A program made the translations under genes and the position numbers. This document shows positions 29,976 to 45,859 of a DNA stretch of 64,000 nt, one piece after another. The first letter of the stretch is position 1. Every line of letters starts with the position of its first letter. Under the pieces are notes generated by a model, which was not told the DNA's origin, searched no databases, and was given only the letters and a program-made list of their open reading frames with translations. The DNA comes from Eledone cirrhosa (lineage: Eukaryota): NCBI GenBank assembly GCA_964016885.1, contig OZ024759.1:1178001-1242000 (forward strand), given 5' to 3'.

Positions 29976-32900
29976 TAGTCTATATTAGTATCATGACAAA
30001 GTCTATATTAGTAACATGACAAAGTCTATATTAGTAACATGAGAAAGTCTATATTAGTAACATGACACAGTCTATATTAGTAACATGACAAAGTCTATAT
30101 TAGTAACATGACACAGTCTATATTAGTAACATGACACAGTCTATATTAGTAACATGACAAAGTCTATATTAGTAGCATGACAAAGTCTATATTAGTAACA
30201 TGACAAAGTCTATATTAGTAACATGGCACAGTCTATATTAGTAACATGACAAAGTCTATATTAGTAACATGACGGTCTATATTAGTAACATGACAGTCTA
30301 TATTAGTAGCATGACAAAGTCTATATTAGTAACATGACACAGTCTATATCAGTAACATGACACAGTCTATATTAGTAACATGACAAAGTCTATATTAGTA
30401 GCATGACAAAGTCTATATTAGTAACATGACACAGTCTATATTAGTAACATGACAAAGTCTATATTAGTAGCATGACAAAGTCTATATTAGTAACATGACA
30501 AAGTCTATATTAGTAACATGACACAGTCTATATTAGTAACATGACAGTCTATATTAGTAACATGACAGTCCATATTAGTAGCATGACAAAGTCTATATTA
30601 GTAACATGACAAAGTCTATATTAGTAACATGACACAGTCTATATTAGTAACATGACACAGTCTATATTAGTAACATCATACAGTCTATATTAGTAACATG
30701 ACAAAGTCTATATTAGTAACATGGCAAAGTCTATATTAGTAACATGACACAGTCTATATTAGTAACATGACAAGGCCTATATTAGTAACATGACACAGTC
30801 TATATTAGTAACATGACAAAGTCTATATTAGTAACATGACAGTCTATATTAGTAACATGACAAAGTCTATATTAGTAACATGACAAAGTCTATATTAGTA
30901 ACATGACAGTCTATATTAGTAACATGACACAGTCTATATTAGTAACATGACAAAGTCTATATTAGTAACATGACACAGTCTATATTAGTAACATAACACA
31001 GTCTATATTAGTAACATGACACAGTTTATATTAGTAACATGACAAAGTCTATATTAGTAACATGACAAAGTCTATATTAGTAACATGGCAGTCTATATTA
31101 GTTACATGACAAAGTCTATATTAGTAACATGACAAAGTCTATATTAGTAACATGACTAAGTCTATATTAGTAACATGACACAGTCTATATTAGTAACATG
31201 ACAGTCTATATTAGTAGCATGACAAAGTCTATATTAGTAACATGACAAAGTCTATATTAGTAACATGACACAGTCTATATTAGTAACATGACACAGTCTA
31301 TATTAGTAACATGACAGTCTATATTAGTAACATGACAAAGTCTATATTAGTAACATGGCAAAGTCTATGTTAGTAACATGACAAAGTCTATATTAGTAAC
31401 ATGACAGTCTATATTAGTAACATGACACATTCTATATTAGTAACATGACAAAGTCTATATTAGTAGCATGACAAAGTCTATATTAGTAACATGACAGTCT
31501 ATATTAGTAACATGCCAAAGTCTATATTAGTAGCATGACAAAGTCTATATTAGTAACATGGCACAGTCTATATTAGTAACATGACACAGTCTATATTAGT
31601 AACATGACACAGTCTATATTAGTAGCATGACAAAGTCTATATTAGTAACATGACAAAGTCTATATTAGTAACATGACAAAGTCTATATTAGTAACATGAC
31701 ACAGTGTATATTAGTAATATGACAGTCTATATTAGTAGCATGACAAAGTCTATATTAGTAACATGACAAAGTCTATATTAGTAACATGACACAGTCTATA
31801 TTAGTAACATGACACAGTCTATATTAGTAACATGACACAGTCTATATTAGTAACATGACAAAGTCTATATTAGTAACATGGCAAAGTCTATATTAGTAAC
31901 ATGACAAAGTCTATATTAGTAACATGACAAGGTCTATATTAGTAACATGACACAGTCTATATAAGTAACATGACAAAGTCTATATTAGTAACATGACAGT
32001 CTATATTAGTAACATGCCAAAGTCTATATTAGTAGCATGACAAAGTCTATATTAGTAGCATGACACAGTCTATATTAGTAACATGACATAGTCTATATTA
32101 GTATCATGACAAAGTCTATATTAGTAACATGACAAAGTCTATATTAGTAACATGAGAAAGTCTATATTAGTAACATGACACAGTCTATATTAGTAACATG
32201 ACAAAGTCTATATTAGTAACATGACACAGTCTATATTAGTAACATGACACAGTCTATATTAGTAACATGACAAAGTCTATATTAGTAGCATGACAAAGTC
32301 TATATTAGTAACATGACAAAGTCTATATTAGTAACATGGCACAGTCTATATTAGTAACATGACAAAGTCTATATTAGTAACATGACGGTCTATATTAGTA
32401 ACATGACAGTCTATATTAGTAGCATGACAAAGTCTATATTAGTAACATGACACAGTCTATATTAGTAACATGACAAAGTCTATATTAGTAGCATGACAAA
32501 GTCTATATTAGTAACATGACAAAGTCTATATTAGTAACATGACACAGTCTATATTAGTAACATGACAGTCTATATTAGTAACATGACAGTCCATATTAGT
32601 AGCATGACAAAGTCTATATTAGTAACATGACAAAGTCTATATTAGTAACATGACACAGTCTATATTAGTAACATGACACAGTCTATATTAGTAACATCAT
32701 ACAGTCTATATTAGTAACATGACAAAGTCTATATTAGTAACATGGCAAAGTCTATATTAGTAACATGACACAGTCTATATTAGTAACATGACAAGGCCTA
32801 TATTAGTAACATTACACAGTCTATATTAGTAACATGACAAAGTCTATATTAGTAACATGACAGTCTATATTAGTAACATGACAAAGTCTATATTAGTAAC

Positions 32901-33150
32901 ATGACAAAGTCTATATTAGTAACATGACAGTCTATATTAGTAACATGACACAGTCTATATTAGTAACATGACAAAGTCTATATTAGTAACATGACACAGT
33001 CTATATTAGTAACATAACACAGTCTATATTAGTACCATGACACAGTTTATATTAGTAACATGACAAAGTCTATATTAGTAACATGACAAAGTCTATATTA
33101 GTAACATGGCAGTCTATATTAGTTACATGACAAAGTCTATATTAGTAACA
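29000..33150. repeat. Tandem duplication with period 2,113 bp (2,021 bp after a 92-bp, four-monomer loss in the second copy)
   Basis: gactaag 29041/31154 and ataag 29848/31961 give 2113. gttac 31101/33122 gives 2021. The second copy lacks the tatatcag unit. Confidence 0.85.
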
Positions 33151-35729
33151 TGACACAGTCTATATTAGTAACATGACAAAGACTCTATTAGTAACATGAC
33201 AAAGTCTATATTAGTAACATGACAGTCTATATTAGTAACATGACAAAATCTATATTAGTAACATGACAGTCTATATTAGTAACATGACAAAGTCTATATT
33301 AGTAACATGACAGTCTATATTGTACCATGACACAGTCTATATTAGTAACATGACATAGTCTATATTAGTAACATGACAAAGTCTATATTAGTAACATGAC
33401 AGTCTATATTGTAACATGACACAGTCTATATTAGTAACATGACACAGTCTATATTAGTAACATGACAGTCTATATTAGTAACATGACAAAGTCTATATTA
33501 GTAACATGACAAAGTCTATATTAGTATCATGACAAAGTCTATATTAGTAGCATGACACAGTCTATATTAGTAACATGACAAAGTCTATATTAGTAACATG
33601 ACACAGTCTATATTAGTAACATGACAAAGTCTATATTAGTAACATGACACAGTCTATATTAGTAACATGACATAGTCTATATTAGTAACATGACAAAGTC
33701 TATATTAGTAGCATGACACAGTCTAAATTAGTAACATGACACAGTCTATATTAGTAACATGACAGTCTATATTAGTAACATGACACAGTCTATATTAGTA
33801 ACATGACAAAGTCTATATTAGTAGTATGACAAAGTCTATATTAGTAACATGACAGTCTATATTAGTAACATGACAAAGTCTATATTAGTAGCATGACAAA
33901 GTCTATATTAGTAGCATGACACAGTCTATATTAGTAACATGACACAGTCTATATTAGTAACATGACACAGTCTATATTAGTAACATGACAAAGTCTATAT
34001 TAGTAGCATGACAAAGTCTATATTAGTAACATGACAAAGTCTATATTAGTAACATGACACAGTCTATATTAGTAACATGACAAAGTCTATATTAGTAACA
34101 TGACAAAGTCTATATTAGTAACATGACAGTCTATATTAGTAACATGACAAAGTCTATATTAGTAACATGACAAAGTCTCTATTAGTAACATGACAAAGTC
34201 TATATTAGTAACATGACAGTCTATATTAGTAACATGACAAAGTCTCTATTAGTAACATGACAAAGTCTATATTAGTAACATGACAGTCTATATTAGTAAC
34301 ATGACAAAGTCTATATTAGTAACATGACAGTCTATATTGTAACATGACACAGTCTATATTAGTAACATGACACAGTTTATATTAGTAACATGACATAGTC
34401 TATATTAGTAACATGATAAAGTCTATATTAGTAACATGACAGTCTATATTGTAACATGACACAGTCTATATTAGTAACATGACACAGTCTATATTAGTAA
34501 CATGACAGTCTATATTAGTAACATGACAAAGTCTATATTAGTAACATGACAAAGTCTATATTAGTAACATGACAAAGTCTATATTAGTAACATGACAAAG
34601 TCTATATTAGTAGCATGACACAGTCTATATTAGTAACATGACAAAGTCTATATTAGTAACATGACACAGTCTATGTTAGTAACATGACAAAGTCTATATT
34701 AGTAGCATGACAAAGTCTATATTAGTAACATGACACAGTCTATATTAGTAACATGACAAAGTCTATATTAGTAACATGACACTGTCTATATTAGTAATTT
34801 GACAAAGTCTATATTAGTAACATGACACAGTGTATATTAGTAACATGACACAGTCTATATTAGTAACATGACAAAGTCTATATTAGTAGCATGACAAAGT
34901 CTATATTAGTAACATGACAGTCTATATTAGTAACATGACACAGTCTATGTTAGTAACATGACAAAGTCTATATTAGTAACATGACAAAGTCTATATTAGT
35001 AACATGACACATTCTATATTAGTAACATGACAAAGTCTATATTAGTAACATGACAGTCTATATTAGTAACATGACAAAGTCTATATTAGTAACATGACAA
35101 AGTCTATATTAGTAACATGACAGTCTATATTAGTAACATGACACAGTCTATATTAGTAACATGACAAAGTCTATATTAGTAACATGACACAGTCTATATT
35201 AGTAACATGGCAAAGTCTATATTAGTAACATGACAAAGTCTATATTAGTAACATGACAAGGTCTATATTAGTAACATGACACAGTCTATATTAGTAACAT
35301 GACAAAGTCTATATTAGTAACATGACAGTCTATATTAGTAACATGCCAAAGTCTATATTAGTAGCATGACAAAGTCTATATTAGTAGCATGACACAGTCT
35401 ATATTAGTAACATGACATAGTCTATATTAGTAACATGACACAGTCTATATTAGTAGCATGACAAAGTCTATATTAGTAACATGACAAAGTCTATATTAGT
35501 AACATGAGAAAGTCTATATTAGTAACATGACACAGTCTATATTAGTAACATGACAAAGTCTATATTAGTAGCATGACAAAGTCTATATTAGTAACATGAC
35601 AAAGTCTATATTAGTAACATGACACAGTCTATATTAGTAACATGACAAAGTCTATATTAGTAACATGACGGTCTATATTAGTAACATGACAGTCTATATT
35701 AGTAGCATGACAAAGTCTATATTAGTAAC

Positions 35730-38500
35730 ATGACACAGTCTATATTAGTAACATGACACAGTCTATATTAGTAACATGACAAAGTCTATATTAGTAGCAT
35801 GACAAAGTCTATATTAGTAACATGACACAGTCTATATTAGTAACATGACAAAGTCTATATTAGTAACATGACAAAGTCTATATTAGTAACATGACAAAGT
35901 CTATATTAGTAACATGACTAAGTCTATATTAGTAACATGACACAGTCTATATTAGTAACATGACAGTCTATATTAGTAGCATGACAAAGTCTATATTAGT
36001 AACATGACAAAGTCTATATTAGTAACATGACACAGTCTATATTAGTAACATGACACAGTCTATATTAGTAACATGACAGTCTATATTAGTAACATGACAA
36101 AGTCTATATTAGTAACATGGCAAAGTCTATGTTAGTAACATGACAAAGTCTATATTAGTAACATGACAGTCTATATTAGTAACATGACACATTCTATATT
36201 AGTAACATGACAAAGTCTATATTAGTAGCATGACAAAGTCTATATTAGTAACATGACAGTCTATATTAGTAACATGCCAAAGTCTATATTAGTAGCATGA
36301 CAAAGTCTATATTAGTAACATGACACAGTCTATATTAGTAACATGACACAGTCTATATTAGTAACATGACACAGTCTATATTAGTAGCATGACAAAGTCT
36401 ATATTAGTAACATGACAAAGTCTATATTAGTAACATGACAAAGTCTATATTAGTAACATGACAAAGTCTATATTAGTAACATGACACAGTGTATATTAGT
36501 AATATGACAGTCTATATTAGTAGCATGACAAAGTCTATATTAGTAACATGACAAAGTCTATATTAGTAACATGACACAGTCTATATTAGTAACATGACAC
36601 AGTCTATATTAGTAACATGACACAGTCTATATTAGTAACATGACAAAGTCTATATTAGTAACATGGCAAAGTCTATATTAGTAACATGACAAAGTCTATA
36701 TTAGTAACATGACAAGGTCTATATTAGTAACATGACACAGTCTATATTAGTAACATGACAAAGTCTATATTAGTAACATGACAGTCTATATTAGTAACAT
36801 GCCAAAGTCTATATTAGTAGCATGACAAAGTCTATATTAGTAGCATGACACAGTCTATATTAGTAACATGACATAGTCTATATTAGTAACATGACACAGT
36901 CTATATTAGTAGCATGACAAAGTCTATATTAGTAACATGACAAAGTCTATATTAGTAACATGAGAAAGTCTATATTAGTAACATGACACAGTCTATATTA
37001 GTAACATGACAAAGTCTATATTAGTAACATGACACAGTCTATATTAGTAACATGACACAGTCTATATTAGTAACATGACAAAGTCTATATTAGTAGCATG
37101 ACAAAGTCTATATTAGTAACATGACAAAGTCTATATTAGTAACATGACACAGTCTATATTAGTAACATGACAAAGTCTATATTAGTAACATGACGGTCTA
37201 TATTAGTAACATGACAGTCTATATTAGTAGCATGACAAAGTCTATATTAGTAACATGACACAGTCTATATTAGTAACATGACACATTCTATATTAGTAAT
37301 ATGACAAAGTCTATATTAGTAGCATGACAAAGTCTATATTAGTAACATGACACAGTCTATATTAGTAACATGACAAAGTCTATATTAGTAGCATGACAAA
37401 ATCTATATTAGTAACATGACAAAGTCTATATTAGTAACATGACACAGTCTATATTAGTAACATGACAGTCTATATTAGTAACATGACAGTCCATATTAGT
37501 AGCATGACAAAGTCTATATTAGTAACATGACAAAGTCTATATTAGTAGCATGACAAAGTCTATATTAGTAACATGACACAGTCTATATTAGTAACATGAC
37601 AAAGTCTATATTAGTAGCATGACAAAGTCTATATTAGTAACATGACACAGTCTATATTAGTAACATGACAAAGTCTATATTAGTAACATGACAAAGTCTA
37701 TATTAGTAACATGACAAAATCTATATTAGTAACATGACTAAGTCTATATTAGTAACATGACACAGTCTATATTAGTAACATGACAGTCTATATTAGTAGC
37801 ATGACAAAGTCTATATTAGTAACATGACAAAGTCTATATTAGTAACATGACACAGTCTATATTAGTAACATGACACAGTCTATATTAGTAACATGACAGT
37901 CTATATTAGTAACATGACAAAGTCTATATTAGTAACATGGCAAAGTCTATGTTAGTAACATGACAAAGTCTATATTAGTAACATGACAGTCTATATTAGT
38001 AACATGACACATTCTATATTAGTAACATGACAAAGTCTATATTAGTAGCATGACAAAGTCTATATTAGTAACATGACAGTCTATATTAGTAACATGCCAA
38101 AGTCTATATTAGTAGCATGACAAAGTCTATATTAGTAACATGACACAGTCTATATTAGTAACATGACACAGTCTATATTAGTAACATGACACAGTCTATA
38201 TTAGTAGCATGACAAAGTCTATATTAGTAACATGACAAAGTCTATATTAGTAACATGACAAAGTCTATATTAGTAACATGACAAAGTCTATATTAGTAAC
38301 ATGACACAGTGTATATTAGTAATATGACAGTCTATATTAGTAGCATGACAAAGTCTATATTAGTAACATGACAAAGTCTATATTAGTAACATGACACAGT
38401 CTATATTAGTAACATGACACAGTCTATATTAGTAACATGACACAGTCTATATTAGTAACATGACAAAGTCTATATTAGTAACATGGCAAAGTCTATATTA
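35730..38500. repeat. Partial duplication at offset 1,820 (~35730-36680 versus ~37550-38500)
   Basis: gacta 35916/37736 and atgacacagtgtatattagtaatat 36481/38301. Confidence 0.75.
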
Positions 38501-40110
38501 GTAGCATGACAAAGTCTATATTAGTAGCATGACACAGTCTATATTAGTAACATGAAACAGTCTATATTAGTAACATGACAAAGTCTATATTAGTAGCATG
38601 ACAAAGTCTATATTAGTAACATGACAAAGTCTATATTAGTAACATGACACAGTCTATATTAGTAACATGACAAAGTCTATATTAGTAACATGACGGTCTA
38701 TATTAGTAACATGACAGTCTATATTAGTAGCATGACAAAGTCTATATTAGTAACATGACACAGTCTATATCAGTAACATGACACAGTCTATATTAGTAAC
38801 ATGACAAAGTCTATATTAGTAGCATGACAAAGTCTATATTAGTAACATGACACAGTCTATATTAGTAACATGACAAAGTCTATATTAGTAGCATGACAAA
38901 GTCTATATTAGTAACATGACAAAGTCTATATTAGTAACATGACACTGTCTATATTAGTAACATGACAGTCTATATTAGTAACATGACAGTCCATATTAGT
39001 AGCATGACAAAGTCTATATTAGTAACATGACAAAGTCTATATTAGTAACATGACACAGTCTATATTAGTAACATGACACAGTCTATATTAGTAACATCAT
39101 ACAGTCTATATTAGTAACATGACAAAGTCTATATTAGTAACATGACAGTCTATATTAGTAACATGACAAAGTCTATATTAGTAACATGACAAAGTCTATA
39201 TTAGTAACATGACAGTCTATATTAGTAACATGACACAGTCTATATTAGTAACATGACAAAGTCTATATTAGTAACATGACACAGTCTATATTAGTAACAT
39301 GACACAGTCTATATTAGTAACATGACACAGTTTATATTAGTAACATGACAAAGTCTATATTAGTAACATGACAGAGTCTATATTAGTAACATGGCAGTCT
39401 ATATTAGTTACATGACAAAGTCTATATTAGTAACATGACACAGTCTATATTAGTAACATGACAAAGACTCTATTAGTAACATGACAAAGTCTATATTAGT
39501 AACATGACAGTCTATATTAGTAACATGACAAAATCTATATTAGTAACATGACAGTCTATATTAGTAACATGACAAAGTCTATATTAGTAACATAACAGTC
39601 TATATTGTACCATGACACAGTCTATATTAGTAACAAGACATAGTCTATATTAGTAACATGACAAAGTCTATATTAGTAACATGACAGTCTATATTGTAAC
39701 ATGACACAGTCTATATTAGTAACATGACACAGTCTATATTAGTAACATGACAGTCTATATTAGTAACATGACAAAGTCTATATTAGTAACATGACAAAGT
39801 CTATATTAGTAACATGACAAAGTCTATATTAGTAGCATGACACAGTCTATATTAGTAACATGACAAAGTCTATATTAGTAACATGACACAGTCTATATTA
39901 GTAACATGACAAAGTCTATATTAGTAACATGACACAGTCTATATTAGTAACATGACATAGTCTATATTAGTAACATGACAAAGTCTATATTAGTAGCATG
40001 ACACAGTCTAAATTAGTAACATGACACAGTCTATATTAGTAACATGACAGTCTATATTAGTAACATGACACAGTCTATATTAGTAACATGACAAAGTCTA
40101 TATTAGTAGT

Positions 40111-43100
40111 ATGACACAGTCTATATTAGTAACATGACAGTCTATATTAGTAACATGACAAAGTCTATATTAGTAGCATGACAAAGTCTATATTAGTAGC
40201 ATGACACAGTCTATATTAGTAGCATGACACTGTCTATATTAGTAACATGACACAGTCTATATTAGTAACATGACAAAGTCTATATTAGTAGCATGACAAA
40301 GTCTATATTAGTAACATGACAAAGTCTATATTAGTAACATGACACAGTCTATATTAGTAACATGACAAAGTCTATATTAGTAACATGACAAAGTCTATAT
40401 TAGTAACATGACAGTCTATATTAGTAACATGACAAAGTCTATATTAGTAACATGACAAAGTCTCTATTAGTAACATGACAAAGTCTATATTAGTAACATG
40501 ACAGTCTATATTAGTAACATGACAAAGTCTCTATTAGTAACATGACAAAGTCTATATTAGTAACATGACAGTCTATATTAGTAACATGACAAAGTCTATA
40601 TTAGTAACATGACAGTCTATATTGTAACATGACACAGTCTATATTAGTAACATGACACAGTTTATATTAGTAACATGACATAGTCTATATTAGTAACATG
40701 ACAAAGTCTATATTAGTAACATGACAGTCTATATTGTAACATGACACAGTCTATATTAGTAACATGACACAGTCTATATTAGTAACATGACAAAGTCTAT
40801 ATTAGTAACATGACAAAGTCTATATTAGTAACATGACAAAGTCTATATTAGTAGCATGACACAGTCTATATTAGTAACATGACAAAGTCTATATTAGTAA
40901 CATGACACAGTCTATATTAGTAACATGACAAAGTCTATATTAGTAGCATGACAAAGTCTATATTAGTAACATGACACAGTCTATATTAGTAACATGACAA
41001 AGTCTATATTAGTAACATGACACTGTCTATATTAGTAACTTGACAAAGTCTATATTAGTAGCATGACAAAGTCTATATTAGTAACATGACACAGTCTATA
41101 TTAGTAACATGACAAAGTCTCTATTAGTAACATGACAAAGTCTATATTAGTAACATGACAGTCTATATTAGTAACATGACAAAGTCTCTATTAGTAACAT
41201 GACAAAGTTTATATTAGTAACATGACAGTCTATATTAGTAACATGACAAAGTCTATATTAGTAACATGACAGTCTATATTGTAACATGACACAGTCTATA
41301 TTAGTAACATGACACAGTTTATATTAGTAACATGACATAGTCTATATTAGTAACATGACAAAGTCTATATTAGTAACATGACAGTCTATATTGTAACATG
41401 ACACAGTCTATATTAGTAACATGACACAGTCTATATTAGTAACATGACAGTCTATATTAGTAACATGACAAAGTCTATATTAGTAACATGACAAAGTCTA
41501 TATTAGTAACATGACAAAGTCTATATTAGTAGCATGACACAGTCTATATTAGTAACATGACAAAGTCTATATTAGTAACATGACACAGTCTATATTAGTA
41601 ACATGACAAAGTCTATATTAGTAGCATGACAAAGTCTATATTAGTAACATGACACAGTCTATATTAGTAACATGACAAAGTCTATATTAGTAACATGACA
41701 CTGTCTATATTAGTAACTTGACAAAGTCTATATTAGTAACATGACACAGTGTATATTAGTAACATGACACAGTCTATATTAGTAACATGACAAAGTCTAT
41801 ATTAGTAGCATGACAAAGTCTATATTAGTAACATGACAAGGTCTATATTAGTAACATGACACAGTCTATGTTAGTAACATGACAAAGTCTATATTAGTAA
41901 CATGACACAGTCTATATTAGTAACATGACACAGTCTATATTAGTAACATGACAGTCTATATTAGTAACATGACAAAGTCTATATTAGTAGCATGACAAAG
42001 TCTATATTAGTAGCATGACACAGTCTATATTAGTAGCATGACACTGTCTATATTAGTAACATGACACAGTCTATATTAGTAACATGACAAAGTCTATATT
42101 AGTAGCATGACAAAGTCTATATTAGTAACATGACAAAGTCTATATTAGTAACATGACACAGTCTATATTAGTAACATGACAAAGTCTATATTAGTAACAT
42201 GACAAAGTCTATATTAGTAACATGACAGTCTATATTAGTAACATGACAAAGTCTATATTAGTAACATGACAAAGTCTCTATTAGTAACATGACAAAGTCT
42301 ATATTAGTAACATGACAGTCTATATTAGTAACATGACAAAGTCTCTATTAGTAACATGACAAAGTCTATATTAGTAACATGACAGTCTATATTAGTAACA
42401 TGACAAAGTCTATATTAGTAACATGACAGTCTATATTGTAACATGACACAGTCTATATTAGTAACATGACACAGTTTATATTAGTAACATGACATAGTCT
42501 ATATTAGTAACATGACAAAGTCTATATTAGTAACATGACAGTCTATATTGTAACATGACACAGTCTATATTAGTAACATGACACAGTCTATATTAGTAAC
42601 ATGACAAAGTCTATATTAGTAACATGACAAAGTCTATATTAGTAACATGACAAAGTCTATATTAGTAGCATGACACAGTCTATATTAGTAACATGACAAA
42701 GTCTATATTAGTAACATGACACAGTCTATATTAGTAACATGACAAAGTCTATATTAGTAGCATGACAAAGTCTATATTAGTAACATGACACAGTCTATAT
42801 TAGTAACATGACAAAGTCTATATTAGTAACATGACACTGTCTATATTAGTAACTTGACAAAGTCTATATTAGTAGCATGACAAAGTCTATATTAGTAACA
42901 TGACACAGTCTATATTAGTAACATGACAAAGTCTCTATTAGTAACATGACAAAGTCTATATTAGTAACATGACAGTCTATATTAGTAACATGACAAAGTC
43001 TCTATTAGTAACATGACAAAGTCTATATTAGTAACATGACAGTCTATATTAGTAACATGACAAAGTCTATATTAGTAACATGACAGTCTATATTGTAACA

Positions 43101-43721
43101 TGACACAGTCTATATTAGTAACATGACACAGTTTATATTAGTAACATGACATAGTCTATATTAGTAACATGACAAAGTCTATATTAGTAACATGACAGTC
43201 TATATTGTAACATGACACAGTCTATATTAGTAACATGACACAGTCTATATTAGTAACATGACAGTCTATATTAGTAACATGACAAAGTCTATATTAGTAA
43301 CATGACAAAGTCTATATTAGTAACATGACAAAGTCTATATTAGTAGCATGACACAGTCTATATTAGTAACATGACAAAGTCTATATTAGTAACATGACAC
43401 AGTCTATATTAGTAACATGACAAAGTCTATATTAGTAGCATGACAAAGTCTATATTAGTAACATGACACAGTCTATATTAGTAACATGACAAAGTCTATA
43501 TTAGTAACATGACACTGTCTATATTAGTAACTTGACAAAGTCTATATTAGTAACATGACACAGTGTATATTAGTAACATGACACAGTCTATATTAGTAAC
43601 ATGACAAAGTCTATATTAGTAGCATGACAAAGTCTATATTAGTAACATGACAAGGTCTATATTAGTAACATGACACAGTCTATGTTAGTAACATGACAAA
43701 GTCTATATTAGTAACATGACA
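40111..43721. repeat. Tandem duplication with period 1,814 bp, each copy containing a 678-bp internal sub-repeat
   Basis: agcatgacactg 40221/42035. cactgtctatattagtaacttg at 41021/42835 and 41699/43513 (offset 1814; 678 within a copy). One difference seen: gacaaagttt at ~41201-41210. Confidence 0.88.
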
Positions 43722-45859
43722 AAGTCTATATTAGTAACATGACACAGTCTATATTAGTAACATGACAAAGTCTATATTAGTAACATGACAGTCTATATTA
43801 GTAACATGACAAAGTCTATATTAGTAACATGACAAAGTCTATATTAGTAACATGACAGTCTATATTAGTAACATGACACAGTCTATATTAGTAACATGAC
43901 AAAGTCTATATTAGTAACATGACACAGTCTATATTAGTAACATGGCAAAGTCTATATTAGTAACATGACAAAGTCTATATTAGTAACATGACAAGGTCTA
44001 TATTAGTAACATGACACAGTCTATATTAGTAACATGACAAAGTCTATATTAGTAACATGACAGTCTATATTAGTAACATGCCAAAGTCTATATTAGTAGC
44101 ATGACAAAGTCTATATTAGTAGCATGACACAGTCTATATTAGTAACATGACATAGTCTATATTAGTAACATGACACAGTCTATATTAGTAGCATGACAAA
44201 GTCTATATTAGTAACATGACAAAGTCTATATTAGTAACATGAGAAAGTCTATATTAGTAACATGACACAGTCTATATTAGTAACATGACAAAGTCTATAT
44301 TAGTAGCATGACAAAGTCTATATTAGTAACATGACAAAGTCTATATTAGTAACATGACACAGTCTATATTAGTAACATGACAAAGTCTATATTAGTAACA
44401 TGACGGTCTATATTAGTAACATGACAGTCTATATTAGTAGCATGACAAAGTCTATATTAGTAACATGACACAGTCTATATTAGTAACATGACACAGTCTA
44501 TATTAGTAACATGACAAAGTCTATATTAGTAGCATGACAAAGTCTATATTAGTAACATGACACAGTCTATATTAGTAACATGACAAAGTCTATATTAGTA
44601 GCATGACAAAGTCTATATTAGTAACATGACACAGTCTATATTAGTAACATGACAAAGTCTATATTAGTAACATGACAAAGTCTATATTAGTAACATGACA
44701 AAGTCTATATTAGTAACATGACTAAGTCTATATTAGTAACATGACACAGTCTATATTAGTAACATGACAGTCTATATTAGTAGCATGACAAAGTCTATAT
44801 TAGTAACATGACAAAGTCTATATTAGTAACATGACACAGTCTATATTAGTAACATGACACAGTCTATATTAGTAACATGACAGTCTATATTAGTAACATG
44901 ACAAAGTCTATATTAGTAACATGGCAAAGTCTATGTTAGTAACATGACAAAGTCTATATTAGTAACATGACAGTCTATATTAGTAACATGACACATTCTA
45001 TATTAGTAACATGACAAAGTCTATATTAGTAGCATGACAAAGTCTATATTAGTAACATGACAGTCTATATTAGTAACATGCCAAAGTCTATATTAGTAGC
45101 ATGACAAAGTCTATATTAGTAACATGACACAGTCTATATTAGTAACATGACACAGTCTATATTAGTAACATGACACAGTCTATATTAGTAGCATGACAAA
45201 GTCTATATTAGTAACATGACAAAGTATATATTAGTAACATGACAAAGTCTATATTAGTAACATGACAAAGTCTATATTAGTAACATGACACAGTGTATAT
45301 TAGTAATATGACAGTCTATATTAGTAGCATGACAAAGTCTATATTAGTAACATGACAAAGTCTATATTAGTAACATGACACAGTCTATATTAGTAACATG
45401 ACACAGTCTATATTAGTAACATGACACAGTCTATATTAGTAACATGACAAAGTCTACATTAGTAACATGGCAAAGTCTATATTAGTAACATGACAAAGTC
45501 TATATTAGTAACATGACAAGGTCTATATTAGTAACATGACACAGTCTATATTATTAACATGACAAAGTCTATATTAGTAACATGACAGTCTATATTAGTA
45601 ACATGCCAAAGTCTATATTAGTAGCATGACAAAGTCTATATTAGTAGCATGACACAGTCTATATTAGTAACATGACATAGTCTATATTAGTAACATGACA
45701 CAGTCTATATTAGTAGCATGACAAAGTCTATATTAGTAACATGACAAAGTCTATATTAGTAACATGAGAAAGTCTATATTAGTAACATGACACAGTCTAT
45801 ATTAGTAACATGACAAAGTCTATATTAGTAACATGACACAGTCTATATTAGTAACATGA